Below, in pieces: positions 34,665 through 53,890 of a DNA stretch of 64,000 bases. Source of the DNA: Escherichia virus TH47; the sequence record MT446416.1; one strand, given 5' to 3'. A model generated the notes under the pieces. It ran no database searches, was not told the origin of the DNA, and was given only the letters and a program-made list of their open reading frames with translations. The number at the start of each line of letters is the position of its first letter. The stretch's first letter is position 1. The translations under genes and the position numbers were made by a program.

Positions 34665-35866
34665 GAATTACTCCTGATCTTTAGTTTTTGCTCGGCGTGG
34701 AGCTTTCTTCTCTTCAGATACTTCAACTTCTGGTTCTTGTGGTTGAACTTCAAAGCTTTCATCATCCCATACTTCTTCAGTACTATATTCAGTACTGTGA
34801 TGTTGGTGTTCAGGAATGAAATCAGGAATTTGCATTTCACGTTCTTTTTCTTGGATTAGTTCTTCACGGGTTTTAATGACCGTACCACCTGAACCAATCT
34901 TATCACCACGAGCATTTAGGTTTGCATTACCTAGTGCTACTTGGTGCTGGTTTTGATACTTTAGCATATCCATATCAATGGTGGTTCCACGATAAGTTGT
35001 GTGTTTTGACATATAAAAATCCTTTTTCTATGTGAGTGATATAATGCCTCAAACAACATTATATCACATGTTTTTCTACCATTTCAAAAATTCATTTACA
35101 TCTAGTTTATACTTCAAAGAATCAACCATATGCAAATCAATCAGGAACAAACAATACGAAGCCACTGAACTGCCACGTCCAAGACCCCAAAAAATATTGT
35201 GCTCTTCCATATAATCAACTAACCAGATCATACATCTTAAAAGCTTAGTCATGTTGTAATGTTCAAACAAATCAATCTCATACATTACACGTTCACGGGC
35301 TTCATCCGATGTACATTTCTGTAAAAAGTACTCACGCAAGTTGATATTATCGTACACTGGATCATAACGCCATAGCTCATGGTTTTTATCATGTTCTATT
35401 GTATAATCCAGCATACGCTGTTCTAAACCAAATTTTTTACAATTATCGTTAAATTTCAATCGTTCCGGTTCATCAATCTCCTGTAGCTGTAAGTACTGAA
35501 TATCTGCACCACAGTTGATTGCATACACGACTGCATTAAGGTTACATTTTACATCACCATTGGGACTTATAAATCTGTTTCCTTGTACTTTCATTTTTCT
35601 TCTTCTGATCCTCTTCGTTATCAGTTAAGTAAGAGTTCATGTCAAATACACATGGGTCTTGCTCGTCATAGGAGGTTTTTTCTTTTTGTCCCTGACGAAT
35701 CTCTAATTCAGCATAGCACTGATTCAGAACGGTTTGCATGTTACCAACAATCATATCACTCATACCTGCTGCACGAGCAGACGTAATACGCATCGATTGT
35801 TCGTTAATTTTCAATTGTAACTCTTTCTCGGTCATGGTTGATGGATCAAAAAATGGATTGAACATA

Positions 35867-38263
35867 TCATCCTCCTAAATTGCTGTTTTGTAATGAAATC
35901 AAAAATGTATCATGAACGTAGTTTTCGAATTCATGTGCAAAGAATCCAAATTCAACTCCTGTGATTTCAAACTCAACACCAACCATCTTACCATGTTCAT
36001 TGTTCTGAAGTAAAGTGTTAAAGAATGCTTCACCCTTCCCTGGTGCACAGTATGCAACTGGAATGATTGGCATGAATTTCTTTTCAACACCATTTTCTTC
36101 GTATGGGTGATTCATGAAGCGAGGAACAGTGTCAAGCATCTCAACAGAAATTCCAGGTATAGCATCTACATACAAACCACGGTTTTGTAAATCAGTTGGG
36201 TCTTTCACAAGGTTAGTTGTGTCTTCGCCAATTGCTGCAAAAATATTTTGACGCAAGCCAAATATTTCACCGAGTGTCCCGTTATCAATTTGCGTGTAAC
36301 TTCTTGGATTCTTAGAAACCGACACCAATGAACCTGCGGGTAAAACTTCACGGTATAATATATCATACTGCAAGTTACCTTGGTTGTCAAGTGCTGACAT
36401 TACTTTATAGTTGCCCATTACCATTCTAAATTTTCCATCAGGAATAGTTGCACCAGTTTGGTTTATGATATTTTCCCTAAGTACTTTTTTAATATCACTC
36501 AACGTAGTGTAAGTATAGTTCTGACTCAAAAAGTTTTCTTTTAATAGAATACGTGGTACTTTTTGTAATCCGTATCTATCATCTGATTGTCGATGGAAAG
36601 CTTGTTTTGTAAATGATGGTGTACTAATACACTTAAACCATTCACGTTCAAAATAAACAGAAGGTACAATATGTGCACTTAAGTAGTTTTGACCAAAACC
36701 ACGTACAATTTTCAGTTTAAATAACTTGGACGCAACACCACCTTCAGTGTCATATGCTTTGATGTTGAATTCTAATTTTATATCATCATTTGCACTGAAA
36801 TCTAAACTTTTTGCATATGCAGTTCCAACCAAGAACCCATCTGCTGTGAGGTCCAAACCATATTTGCGAATATCATCAGGTCCACCATCTAATACATAAG
36901 ATACCTGATTAGTACTGGTAGTTTGTATTTGTGGATAAGTACTGTGACCGAAATATTCACCCACATGAATACTACCTAAATCACTATCAGTTGTGAAGTC
37001 TATTGAGTTTTCTTCTTCTGCGTTCACTAGAACACGGAACATCTTCTCTACACCTATAATATTCTCACCTAAGCTTGAATCATAATATCCTAAATCAATC
37101 CAATCTGAACTTTTAAACACTGGCTTTGTTTCACCTAGATCATATTCACCAGCGATTACATATGGATATACAACGTTATCTTTCAACTGATACAAATGAT
37201 TAGGTAAAGGTTTATCGCCATCAGCGTATATACCATCTACATTGTCTGGACATACCCACATTTGATATGCTTTAAAACGTTGGTTTATAGCGAAGCGATC
37301 AGTATCATAACTATATGTACTCAAAATATCAACAATTTCAACTTTAAAATATGCATCACATGCATCAGAGTCATATAGGAATGTTTGCAGAAATTGTCCA
37401 TTTGGGTTGAAAACCAATCCTGAATCAAGTAACTCACCAGAGCTAGTTTGAATATTAACCTTAATTTCTTTATTAATACCAAATACAGGCCATATATTAT
37501 CAATAGGACGTAGGATTGCATAATCATCCGTGATGTGGCGAGTGGGGACTTCTGCTGGGGTCATATCTAGTAGACGATACGCAGGATAAAATACTCTAGG
37601 AGATAGATCAGTTGATGTATCAGTTCCTAAAATAAATGGGCGGCGACGTCCAAATCCCTGTACAAATAAAGTACTATTAGAACCATATTCAATATCACCA
37701 ATACAATATAATTTATCATCATCACCGATTTCGATTCCAGGAGTAACCCATACTTCCTGACTATCATATTCAATTGTTACTTCATCTGAACCAATTTCAC
37801 CACTAGGAGAAATGTTACCATAGTACATAACATTTACTGCTTGAAGATAGAAGTTAATCTGTTCAGAGTTGTTAAATGTACCATCATCTTTACAATACAA
37901 TTTAATAAAATAAACATCTTCGGTATTAGTGCTTGCCGATAGATCAAATTGAGTTTTATCAATTTTACATTTGTGCTTACCATTAATCAACTTGTTACCA
38001 GTAATACCTGATGATATAGGTATTAGATTAGATTCATCATTACCAACATACACTGCGTAGTGATCTTCTGGTTGAAATACTGCACCGGAACTGTCCAAAC
38101 CCTGAATAGTTAGAATCATCTCTAAGTATTCGTTTTCATTAAGTATGTAACTATCATCCGTTGTGGTTTCTTTATTGATACTCAAACGCACAAGAATGTC
38201 TTGTCCTTCTTGTATATATCGAGCATCGGCTTTTATATCCCATCTAGGGGTAAAAGTTGTCAT
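35867..38263 (-). CDS. large hypothetical protein (about 800 aa)
   Basis: Long ORF; likely ATG at 38263 preceded by GGAGA; no catalytic motif recognised. Confidence 0.45.
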   Translation of the reverse strand: MTTFTPRWDIKADARYIQEGQDILVRLSINKETTTDDSYILNENEYLEMILTIQGLDSSGAVFQPEDHYAVYVGNDESNLIPISSGITGNKLINGKHKCKIDKTQFDLSASTNTEDVYFIKLYCKDDGTFNNSEQINFYLQAVNVMYYGNISPSGEIGSDEVTIEYDSQEVWVTPGIEIGDDDKLYCIGDIEYGSNSTLFVQGFGRRRPFILGTDTSTDLSPRVFYPAYRLLDMTPAEVPTRHITDDYAILRPIDNIWPVFGINKEIKVNIQTSSGELLDSGLVFNPNGQFLQTFLYDSDACDAYFKVEIVDILSTYSYDTDRFAINQRFKAYQMWVCPDNVDGIYADGDKPLPNHLYQLKDNVVYPYVIAGEYDLGETKPVFKSSDWIDLGYYDSSLGENIIGVEKMFRVLVNAEEENSIDFTTDSDLGSIHVGEYFGHSTYPQIQTTSTNQVSYVLDGGPDDIRKYGLDLTADGFLVGTAYAKSLDFSANDDIKLEFNIKAYDTEGGVASKLFKLKIVRGFGQNYLSAHIVPSVYFEREWFKCISTPSFTKQAFHRQSDDRYGLQKVPRILLKENFLSQNYTYTTLSDIKKVLRENIINQTGATIPDGKFRMVMGNYKVMSALDNQGNLQYDILYREVLPAGSLVSVSKNPRSYTQIDNGTLGEIFGLRQNIFAAIGEDTTNLVKDPTDLQNRGLYVDAIPGISVEMLDTVPRFMNHPYEENGVEKKFMPIIPVAYCAPGKGEAFFNTLLQNNEHGKMVGVEFEITGVEFGFFAHEFENYVHDTFLISLQNSNLGG

Positions 38264-38351
38264 TATAATTCTCCATAGCCAAGCTACCATTATCTATAGA
38301 TTATTTATATAAAGGACAAGGAAGACCCATAAAGGTCTTCCCTGTTTATAA

Positions 38352-39764
38352 TCAATCTTCAGTTTTTGGCGTGAAGTCAATCTTACGTAGTTCTTTCAAC
38401 TCATCTTTATAGATGTTCCAAATCAAATCATGATTCGACAGGAGATTGTTATATTCATCCATTAAATCCAAGTTATGTTGAATATCAGCTAGTACTGATT
38501 GATAATTGTCTTGTGTCCAACGATATGATGGGAAGTTTACGATGCTTTGGATATTCTCATCGGTTGCTTCGATTTCAGTGTTTAATGATTTAACAAACTC
38601 AACCATTTCTGAACGGTTAGCAAAACCCTTAACCTTAGCAATCATATCATTATCAAAACATTCTTTGATTAGAATCTTATAACGTACTTCAGCAGCACAA
38701 TCATCAAGTTTCTTCTCATAGCGTTTCACATAGTATTTGAAACGGAATTCAACAAAGTCCTTAATCAAATCCATAGTGTTGTCGTAGACTTTAACCTTAC
38801 CATTCTCACCTAGAACAGTTAGGATTTGTGTCATTTTCTTATGAATACCAAAGTATTCAATTACGTCTTTCTCCACCCATTTAGCAGATGTTCCGCGTGG
38901 TAATTTGATTGTAATATCAATAACATCAGTACTATCATTATCATAATCACGAATATCACCATCATCGGTCATCTTAATGAGTTTCTCGATGAATTTCTCA
39001 ATACTGTAGTTGGGTGGTAGACCTGTTACTTTAACAGTACTTGCATCAATTACTTGTGCTTTACCATAGAACTCATATTTGTTTTCATCAAGCTTAGTTA
39101 CAATATCACTTGCACCACATGAAACATAGTATGGAGTCATTTCTTTTAATGGTTTTTTATCAATAGCACGAATACAGTTATCAATAATATCTTCAATCTT
39201 ATGTGGCAGAATTGTACTCTTATAACCTACTGACATACTATCATTACCAAACAAAGATAGTGGGATGATAGGTAAAAAGAAACTTGGTTCCATTGTAGTA
39301 CCATCATAGTTCTCTTTCATTGGAATAATGTCAGCGTCACGTAGTACTAACATTTCAGTACTTTTATTCTTTTTGACATAAGTATAACGAGCAGAAGCTG
39401 GAGTACTGTTTACTTGTGTACCAAAACCACCACGTTTACCAATGAGTGGGTAGTTGTTTACCACTGGTGATGCTAGGTTCTGGAGAGTACCAGATGCAGA
39501 TGTATCACCGTGTAGATAGATACCATCACTAATCATTTTACCAGCACATGATACAGTTTTGATTTCACCATTAACTTTTGAGAGGGTGAAGATTGCTTTA
39601 CGCTGTGAACTCTTAAGGCCATCAATCCCAGGGATTGCACGGTCTAATGTGTACATTGAATATTCTAGTGATGTGGTATTCACATAATCAGAACTGTTAT
39701 AATCTAGTAGAGTTAGTGTTTGGTTATCGATGCTTTGATTTTCGGTTTTTTTACTTTTAGCCAT
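38352..39764 (-). CDS. 52: DNA topoisomerase II medium subunit (T4 gp52-like, GyrA-like)
   Basis: 470 aa; N-terminal region with catalytic-Tyr neighbourhood typical of type IIA topoisomerase cleavage subunit; adjacent to gp39-like gene. Confidence 0.75.
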   Translation of the reverse strand: MAKSKKTENQSIDNQTLTLLDYNSSDYVNTTSLEYSMYTLDRAIPGIDGLKSSQRKAIFTLSKVNGEIKTVSCAGKMISDGIYLHGDTSASGTLQNLASPVVNNYPLIGKRGGFGTQVNSTPASARYTYVKKNKSTEMLVLRDADIIPMKENYDGTTMEPSFFLPIIPLSLFGNDSMSVGYKSTILPHKIEDIIDNCIRAIDKKPLKEMTPYYVSCGASDIVTKLDENKYEFYGKAQVIDASTVKVTGLPPNYSIEKFIEKLIKMTDDGDIRDYDNDSTDVIDITIKLPRGTSAKWVEKDVIEYFGIHKKMTQILTVLGENGKVKVYDNTMDLIKDFVEFRFKYYVKRYEKKLDDCAAEVRYKILIKECFDNDMIAKVKGFANRSEMVEFVKSLNTEIEATDENIQSIVNFPSYRWTQDNYQSVLADIQHNLDLMDEYNNLLSNHDLIWNIYKDELKELRKIDFTPKTED

Positions 39765-39814
39765 TCCATTGTCTCTTTGTAAAAGGGGAACACCATGTTC
39801 CCCATTAATCTATA

Positions 39815-41779
39815 TTATTCCATCCAGTTCTTACGATCATCAGCACGTTTCTTGTTGAAAATCAAATCAAGAGTTTCACCAAGGCGACCATCATCAGTAA
39901 TCGCTACTGCAACACTGTTAGTGAATGCATCACGGAAGTTTGCTTTTTCTAAAGTACCCAACCCTTTCGCACGGGTTGCTTTCCAACCTTTCCAATCATC
40001 TGGATTGTATTCATGCACGTCATGACCATAATAGTATTTGGATTCTTTACCTTTCTCTAAAATGATGAATGGTGTTTTGAATACATATACAAATGGATTC
40101 TCAGGGTCTTGGAACAGTTCAGGCCAGAATTTGTATAGGAAGTTACACACTAGAGCACCAATGTTCTTTCCATCCTCATCTTCGTCTGCACAGATATAAA
40201 GCTTACCATAGTTAAGGTCTGCTCGTTCCGCTTTTACACCAGGAATCAGGTTGATACTTGCCATTATATCATGCAATGCCATTGAATCCATTAATTCTTT
40301 GGTTTTCTCATTACCACTGACGTTCATAATCTTACCACGCAATGGTAGGATTCCATGAACTTTAGGGTCACGAGCACTTGCCATGTTTGAAATAGCAGAA
40401 TCACCCTCAGCAATTAGTAGGATGCAGGTGGAACGATCTGTACCAGTACTGTCAAGTAGTTTTGCAACTTTACCTTTCAGTAGTTTCTTGGCTAGGCGAC
40501 GATCTTCTTCTGCATCTTTCTTGTTGGTACGAGCAGCACAGCGTTCAAAAATCTCATCAATCCACTCTTTGTTCTTCTTGACTAATTCATCAAACCACTC
40601 GGAATTCATCGCTTGTTGAATTGGACGAATAACGTTTTCGTTGGTTAGTTTTGATTTAATCTGTGAGTTGAATGATGGTGCTTTCATCGTTGTTACGTTA
40701 TAAATCAACAGACCTTCTTCAATATCAGAACGGTTAGGTTTCATCTTACGTTTCTTTGATTCTTTCTCTAGTGCAGTTCCTACTCCTAATGAGAAGAATT
40801 TCTTGAATGTATCAAGATGTGTACCACCATCAAATGCTGGGGCATTGTTAACCAAACCATGCATATGGAAGTTATTGTTCATACCCGATACTGCATTAGG
40901 AACAATGTAGAAAGTACTGTTAAAGTTGAATGATTCATCTTTAACGTTCAATTGCATCAGTTTAGATGCGTTGAATAGTGCTTTTTCGGTAGTTCCTTTA
41001 ATTGCAATACGCTTACCGTTAAGGAAAATCTTATAGGTAGGGTTAGCAGCAGACATTTCTTTCAAAATACTGTATAGCAATTCGGTTGGTAGTTTACGGT
41101 TCGGAAATACCTCTGAACTCAAAGTGAAGCGAATTGTTGTTCCAGTCTTATCTGCTTGAACCTTACGAATAGTTGGTTCATGTACATGAAGTTCAGGAAA
41201 CATAATAGTTCCTTCTTCGAACTTCTGATTGAACTTATAAAAACCGTCATATCCGTCATTGCTACTTTGTGTTTTATACGGGCGACCTTGGCGATGGATT
41301 TCAAGTTCAGCTTTAGAACTTACAATCATTGCAACTGAACCACCCAAACCATTCTGACCGATTGTTTCATCACGCTTCGAATCATCAAAGTTACGACCAG
41401 TTTTAGTTTCAGTCATTACCATTGTACATAGGTTTTTCTGATACTCAGGAACATAGTCAATTGGAATACCACGACCATTATCACTGATCTCAAAGGATAA
41501 CTCTTCTTCATTGAAATCAACTTTTAGTACTGGCTCTTTTGTACCAGCTTTTTTAAATTCATCTAAGCTGTTATCGATAATTTCACGAGTAGCAGTTAGA
41601 ATTGCAGGAACCCACTCAACGTTTTTAACTTCATATCCAGACTCACCAAAGATCAGTACTTGACTTTCGTGAACAGAACGTGAACCCAGATACATCTCAG
41701 TACGCAAGCGAGCATGTTGATAATCGTTTAGACGTTGTACATCATGTTCCTGAAGAACAGCACTTTCTTTCTTAGCCAT
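39815..41779 (-). CDS. 39: DNA topoisomerase II large subunit (T4 gp39 plus gp60 region fused; GyrB-like ATPase and Toprim)
   Basis: 654 aa; GHKL ATPase motifs (ELSFEISDNGRGIP, GLGG) and Toprim-like segment (LLIAEGDSA); length matches fused 39/60. Confidence 0.85.
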   Translation of the reverse strand: MAKKESAVLQEHDVQRLNDYQHARLRTEMYLGSRSVHESQVLIFGESGYEVKNVEWVPAILTATREIIDNSLDEFKKAGTKEPVLKVDFNEEELSFEISDNGRGIPIDYVPEYQKNLCTMVMTETKTGRNFDDSKRDETIGQNGLGGSVAMIVSSKAELEIHRQGRPYKTQSSNDGYDGFYKFNQKFEEGTIMFPELHVHEPTIRKVQADKTGTTIRFTLSSEVFPNRKLPTELLYSILKEMSAANPTYKIFLNGKRIAIKGTTEKALFNASKLMQLNVKDESFNFNSTFYIVPNAVSGMNNNFHMHGLVNNAPAFDGGTHLDTFKKFFSLGVGTALEKESKKRKMKPNRSDIEEGLLIYNVTTMKAPSFNSQIKSKLTNENVIRPIQQAMNSEWFDELVKKNKEWIDEIFERCAARTNKKDAEEDRRLAKKLLKGKVAKLLDSTGTDRSTCILLIAEGDSAISNMASARDPKVHGILPLRGKIMNVSGNEKTKELMDSMALHDIMASINLIPGVKAERADLNYGKLYICADEDEDGKNIGALVCNFLYKFWPELFQDPENPFVYVFKTPFIILEKGKESKYYYGHDVHEYNPDDWKGWKATRAKGLGTLEKANFRDAFTNSVAVAITDDGRLGETLDLIFNKKRADDRKNWME

Positions 41780-41878
41780 TTGAATTCCTTTTTAATGTCT
41801 CTTTGTCATGTAACATTGTATCATCAATGCTTTGTTTGTCTCAAAAAAATATCGGGACATTAAATGTCCCGACAATTA

Positions 41879-42672
41879 TTATTTTACCAGAAGTAATTGT
41901 AATTCAGCACTAGGACTAAATTCATCATCACTCCAGTACTTGTGAACCTTCTCTGGACTAGCCTTAGCCAGTACTTCACCACCACCAACAATGTAGACTT
42001 GGTGTGAACCAATCAAACGGGTCCAGAATTTAATTGCATCATCAGTGTGAAGACTGTCGCTTAGTACTTTAATACCATGAGCAACCATATCCATAAAGAT
42101 ATTATAGATGATACCTTTAGTGCCAGTTTTGGAGGCCGTAGCAGCAATCTCAAACACTTGTGGTACACCTACTACCGCATCATTAGACAAATGTCCACTA
42201 ACGATAGCAAGCTGTTTACCAGCCTTATCATAGGCAATAAACCCAGTACCATTCTTATTCATAAACACATCATAATCTTTGTGTTCTGCGAACTTGACCA
42301 TGTTGTGCTTACCTGTCATCTCGGCAGTTTTGTCAACGAACTCGTCACGGTCTTGGCCTTGGAAACTATCGAAACGTTGTGGCATTTCTTCCAATTTCTC
42401 TTTATGTTCTTCTTCACATGAATCCATTATATCACTAGTTCTGTCTTCTGTATCAGCTAATTCTGCATCTTGTACAATATCAACCAAACCACGCATACTA
42501 GATTCTTTTACCTTATTAGGGAGTTTTGAACCTTTCTTAAGATTTCCCTCTTTTTCGTCAGCGGCATTCCACTCTTTAGCTGCACTTTGTGAAATCCCTG
42601 CTTTTTTGGCGAATTCAGGATTATGGGCAGCCGCAGCGAAGAATTTCGCTTGGCTTTTACTTTTACTTGGCA

Positions 42673-42673
<1 letters not shown>
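41879..42673 (-). CDS. hypothetical protein
   Basis: 264-aa ORF with Lys/Ala-rich N-terminus. Confidence 0.4.
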
Positions 42674-44818
<2,145 letters not shown>

Positions 44819-44858
44819 AGATATCTAATCTTGGAGTTTTTTAGGTTATATACTGTTA

Positions 44859-45918
<1,060 letters not shown>

Positions 45919-46205
45919 GTAATAAAAGCTCCGATATGGTTTTAATGTTCAATTCGATAGTAATTATAGCTAAGAACTAATGTTCTGTCAAGCACTATCA
46001 TTATGTTTTTTAATTGCTTCACAGATTGCTTGAACTTGCACTAGATAAGTTTTAGCAAACTCTGCTTGAGTACGCACACGTGGATTTGGTGCGTCTTTGA
46101 TCATAAGTTCTAAGTCATAAACTACTTTATCGAAAACACCCTTGTCTTCAATAATACGATCATAAAAGGTTTTGTCAGTCATGTCAAGAACTCCATGTGG
46201 TTAAA

Positions 46206-46796
46206 TTATAATTTTACGTAAGAAACTACAGCAGCATCAGTTACAGAAGGTACGTTTAAGTACACATTCTCGTACTCAATGAAATCAACAGTGGTAGTAG
46301 ATAGTGCATCTTTAACACGTTGGATTGTTTTCTGTACAGAAATTTCTTCATTCTCAATTGCGTTAGTACCATTACCTTTAAGTGATTCGTTTAACAATTC
46401 TTGAATAACTTCTGCTGCTTTAGCAGTTTTAAGATCAACAGTGGTTAGTGCAGCTTGTTCTTCAACACTTAGAGTGCTTAGGAATGGCTCGTAGCTGATA
46501 TAACCCACATTGATGGTTGCACCAGTTGGAATAGTTGCTGCTGTGCCTGGGGTAGCAAATTCAACAGTACAATACACTGGGACAGAATAAGTTGATAGTA
46601 GACGTGTAACTTGTAGGTAACGTAGTAGTGCTACAGACTTGTCAATTGTTTGTTGGTCGGTTGGTGCAGTTGTTGGGGAAGATGAATCATAATCTTCATA
46701 CATATAATAAGGAATATTATCTAGATTTGTCCCTGCAACTTCAATTTTGAATACTTGTAGTAAATTGTTCATTGTATATTCTTCTCCATAATACAA
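46206..46796 (-). CDS. hypothetical protein
   Basis: 196-aa ORF, Thr/Ala/Val-rich. Confidence 0.35.
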   Translation of the reverse strand: MYYGEEYTMNNLLQVFKIEVAGTNLDNIPYYMYEDYDSSSPTTAPTDQQTIDKSVALLRYLQVTRLLSTYSVPVYCTVEFATPGTAATIPTGATINVGYISYEPFLSTLSVEEQAALTTVDLKTAKAAEVIQELLNESLKGNGTNAIENEEISVQKTIQRVKDALSTTTVDFIEYENVYLNVPSVTDAAVVSYVKL

Positions 46797-46855
46797 AACA
46801 CTTTTGATTATTTATTGTTAAGAATCAAAATTATTTGTGTATATCATATAGTCTA

Positions 46856-48199
46856 TTAGAATCGTGCATTCTGACGCAACATAACATTGTAACGCGGTCG
46901 TGTCATAGCAGTGTATAGGATTCTGCATTTTGTATCGTTAGTTCCGATACGCTCAATAAAATCAGTATCAAACCAGATGTTATCGAATGTACTTCCTTGT
47001 GATTTGTGAACAGTTGTTGCATAAGGATAGTTGATAATATGTAATTTGTTTTTAATCACATAGTAATCTTGCCACATATATGGTTTCTTTGTCAATGGAT
47101 TGATTTCTTTTTTCTCAATATTTTTAACTAGTTCATCGAGTTTAGCTTCCATTGCAATTCTCGTTTCTGGTCCTACACCTAAGATGTAGCTACCATTTGG
47201 TAAACGGAATTGCCAACAATCAATACCCATGAAACTTTCGGTTTTCACATCAGGACATTGGATGATTTGCTGAACCACATATGGACTGTTCTCAGTGATG
47301 CTTTCAAAGACAATCGGTTCACCTTTTGTGAATTCCTCTGGTACTTCAAACAATTGGCTACGAATGTAGATGTTAGCCAAGTTCACACGGTAGTTGGTGT
47401 ATGCCAAGATTTTATTTTCATTAACAAAATCAAATATCTTCTTAGCTGAACCTTTGTTCTCCATAATGAATTCACGGTAAACTTCCAAGAAAAGATCTTC
47501 ATCTTCAATTGGTGTAATAGTACTCAGACCATGTGTCTGGTGCATAATATCAAACGGGTTCTTGGAAGTACCTATACACTCGCGGATTGCAGTTGCAATT
47601 GCAAGTATAGGGTTATCCAACGCTTGACGTAAAACTTCTGTTAATTCATATTGTACTGGAACATCAAAAGCAGGGGAAAGCTTAGTTTCTCCTATTGTGC
47701 CTTCTGATTCAACTGGAGGCAACTGACAGCGATCACCGATGAATAAAACCGCTCGGCGAACACGCCACAATTGATCCTGAATGTGTTGAAACAGTTCTTC
47801 TGAAATCATACTACATTCATCGACAATTAGAATATCAACATTAGTATTACTAACTTTACTTTGTGGGTCATGCTTCAGTACTTGACGATTCTTTTCATAT
47901 ACTAGTTTTAAACCTAGAAATGAGTGAATAGTACTAACCTGTGCATCTTCTTTAGTTAACCCAGCATTGTTGATTAGCATATTGCGAATAACAGAGTTTG
48001 CCTTGTGTGTTGGCGATGTTACTGCAATATTGTAATTTTTACACAGTGCTTTAACAATCTCAGCAGTAGTGAAAGTTTTACCTGTACCCGCTGGTGCTGA
48101 CAGTACAGATATAGTTTTACCTGCATAATTATAAACACGATCTACAAAATTATCAAAAATTTCTTGTTGCTTATCCGTAAGCTTGATTTTACTCATCAT
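46856..48199 (-). CDS. dda: SF1B DNA helicase (T4 Dda-like)
   Basis: 447 aa; Walker A APAGTGKT, DExx-like ILIVDECSM, C-terminal motifs as in Dda/RecD. Confidence 0.8.
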   Translation of the reverse strand: MMSKIKLTDKQQEIFDNFVDRVYNYAGKTISVLSAPAGTGKTFTTAEIVKALCKNYNIAVTSPTHKANSVIRNMLINNAGLTKEDAQVSTIHSFLGLKLVYEKNRQVLKHDPQSKVSNTNVDILIVDECSMISEELFQHIQDQLWRVRRAVLFIGDRCQLPPVESEGTIGETKLSPAFDVPVQYELTEVLRQALDNPILAIATAIRECIGTSKNPFDIMHQTHGLSTITPIEDEDLFLEVYREFIMENKGSAKKIFDFVNENKILAYTNYRVNLANIYIRSQLFEVPEEFTKGEPIVFESITENSPYVVQQIIQCPDVKTESFMGIDCWQFRLPNGSYILGVGPETRIAMEAKLDELVKNIEKKEINPLTKKPYMWQDYYVIKNKLHIINYPYATTVHKSQGSTFDNIWFDTDFIERIGTNDTKCRILYTAMTRPRYNVMLRQNARF

Positions 48200-48221
48200 T
48201 CCCTCGACTGATTATTACACT

Positions 48222-49530
<1,309 letters not shown>

Positions 49531-49607
49531 TTATTACTTTAACTCCATATAAACTATCAAAAAAACGTAAATTTGGGTAAATACTTTATAAAAATAACAA
49601 TAAGATT

Positions 49608-51061
<1,454 letters not shown>

Positions 51062-51063
51062 AA

Positions 51064-52468
<1,405 letters not shown>

Positions 52469-52719
52469 TCATTATAGCACAGTTCTGGTGTTTGTCCTAA
52501 ATTTTATTCGGCTGGTACAAACATGACAATGTGTGCCTGAACGACTCTAGTACCATCTACCAGTACAAGGCCATTGGGACAAACATCAGATACTGCACCA
52601 GTTACCTTAAATCCACCAGTTAGGTAGAAGTCATAGATAACATTACGCTCAATTGTAAAAATATCACTCATATAAATTCCATAAGAAAAGGGATTCATAG
52701 AATCCCTGTTAGTTTTATT

Positions 52720-53844
52720 TTATAGTTTAAATGGAGAGAATGTATCTCCTTGGATATCATTCACAATACCACCAATGATATAAGAACTGATTTCAGTTTC
52801 TTGTGGTGCTACCTGTACAGAACTACCACTTACCCAGTGTTCAGTCCACGGTAGTGGGTTACTCTTGGATACAGTATATGGACATTTGATACCAAGTGCC
52901 GTCATACGCTTAGAACCAATCCAGCGGACATACTGTTTAAGAATTTCAGAGTTCAATCCAATAATAGAACCATCTTTAAAGAGGAAATCTGCCCATGCTT
53001 CTTCTTGGCGAATAGCAGACATAAACATTTCCAGTACTTCATCATAGCACTCTTCGGCAATTTTTACCATATCTGGATCTTCTTTCTTTAGAAGACGTAA
53101 AATCATTTGTGTTGCTGCTAGATGAAGGTTTTCATCACGACAAATTAGACGGATAATCTTTGCATTACCTTCCATGAGGTTGTTCTCTGCAAATGCCCAT
53201 GAACAAGCAAAACTAGCATAGAAACGAACACCTTCAAGAATGTTAATACTATTCAAACATAACCATAGTTTTTTCTTTAGGTCATACATATTAATTTCAA
53301 TAGTTTTACCATTAACAGTATGAGTGCCTTCACCCAATGCACGATACAATGTTCCGAGTTCATCAAGGTCATCATAGTATTTTGAAACATCAGCAGCACA
53401 ATCAGTGATTTCTGGAATGTCCAACATAGTATCAAAAACTTCAGATGGATTAGGATAAATGTTACGAATAATATGTGTATATGATTTACTATGAATAGCA
53501 CCTTCAAAGAACGCCCATGTTTCAATAAAGTTTTCAAGTTCAGGTAGAGATGCATATGGTAGTAGCATTAGGTTAGGACCACGACCTTGAACTGAATCAA
53601 GAAGGATTTGACGTTTTAAGTTTGATGTAAAGATATGCTTCTCAGAATCATTGAGGTTAGCAAAATCAATTTTATCTTTAGATACGTCAACTTCACCTGG
53701 TGTCCAGAAGAAACTTTTCTGTTGTTCTGTTAGTTTCTCAAGTGTAGAGTATTTGTTACTTTCAAAGCGTTGGATATCAACACTTTCATCAAAAAACATA
53801 TTCTTTTCTAGGTGAGACTTCTCATTAATTTTGAAAACTGACAT
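52720..53844 (-). CDS. nrdB: ribonucleotide reductase class Ia beta subunit
   Basis: 374 aa; ferritin-like R2 with diiron/tyrosyl-radical region, immediately downstream of nrdA. Confidence 0.8.
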   Translation of the reverse strand: MSVFKINEKSHLEKNMFFDESVDIQRFESNKYSTLEKLTEQQKSFFWTPGEVDVSKDKIDFANLNDSEKHIFTSNLKRQILLDSVQGRGPNLMLLPYASLPELENFIETWAFFEGAIHSKSYTHIIRNIYPNPSEVFDTMLDIPEITDCAADVSKYYDDLDELGTLYRALGEGTHTVNGKTIEINMYDLKKKLWLCLNSINILEGVRFYASFACSWAFAENNLMEGNAKIIRLICRDENLHLAATQMILRLLKKEDPDMVKIAEECYDEVLEMFMSAIRQEEAWADFLFKDGSIIGLNSEILKQYVRWIGSKRMTALGIKCPYTVSKSNPLPWTEHWVSGSSVQVAPQETEISSYIIGGIVNDIQGDTFSPFKL

Positions 53845-53872
53845 ATATATTCCTTTATATTTGGAAAGATTA

Positions 53873-53890
53873 ATCCCGCCGAAGCGGGAT
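53873..53890 (-). promoter_or_regulatory. stable tetraloop hairpin in nrdA-nrdB intergenic region
   Basis: Minus strand ATCCCGC-TTCG-GCGGGAT, 7-bp stem with UUCG loop, no strong T-run. Confidence 0.3.
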
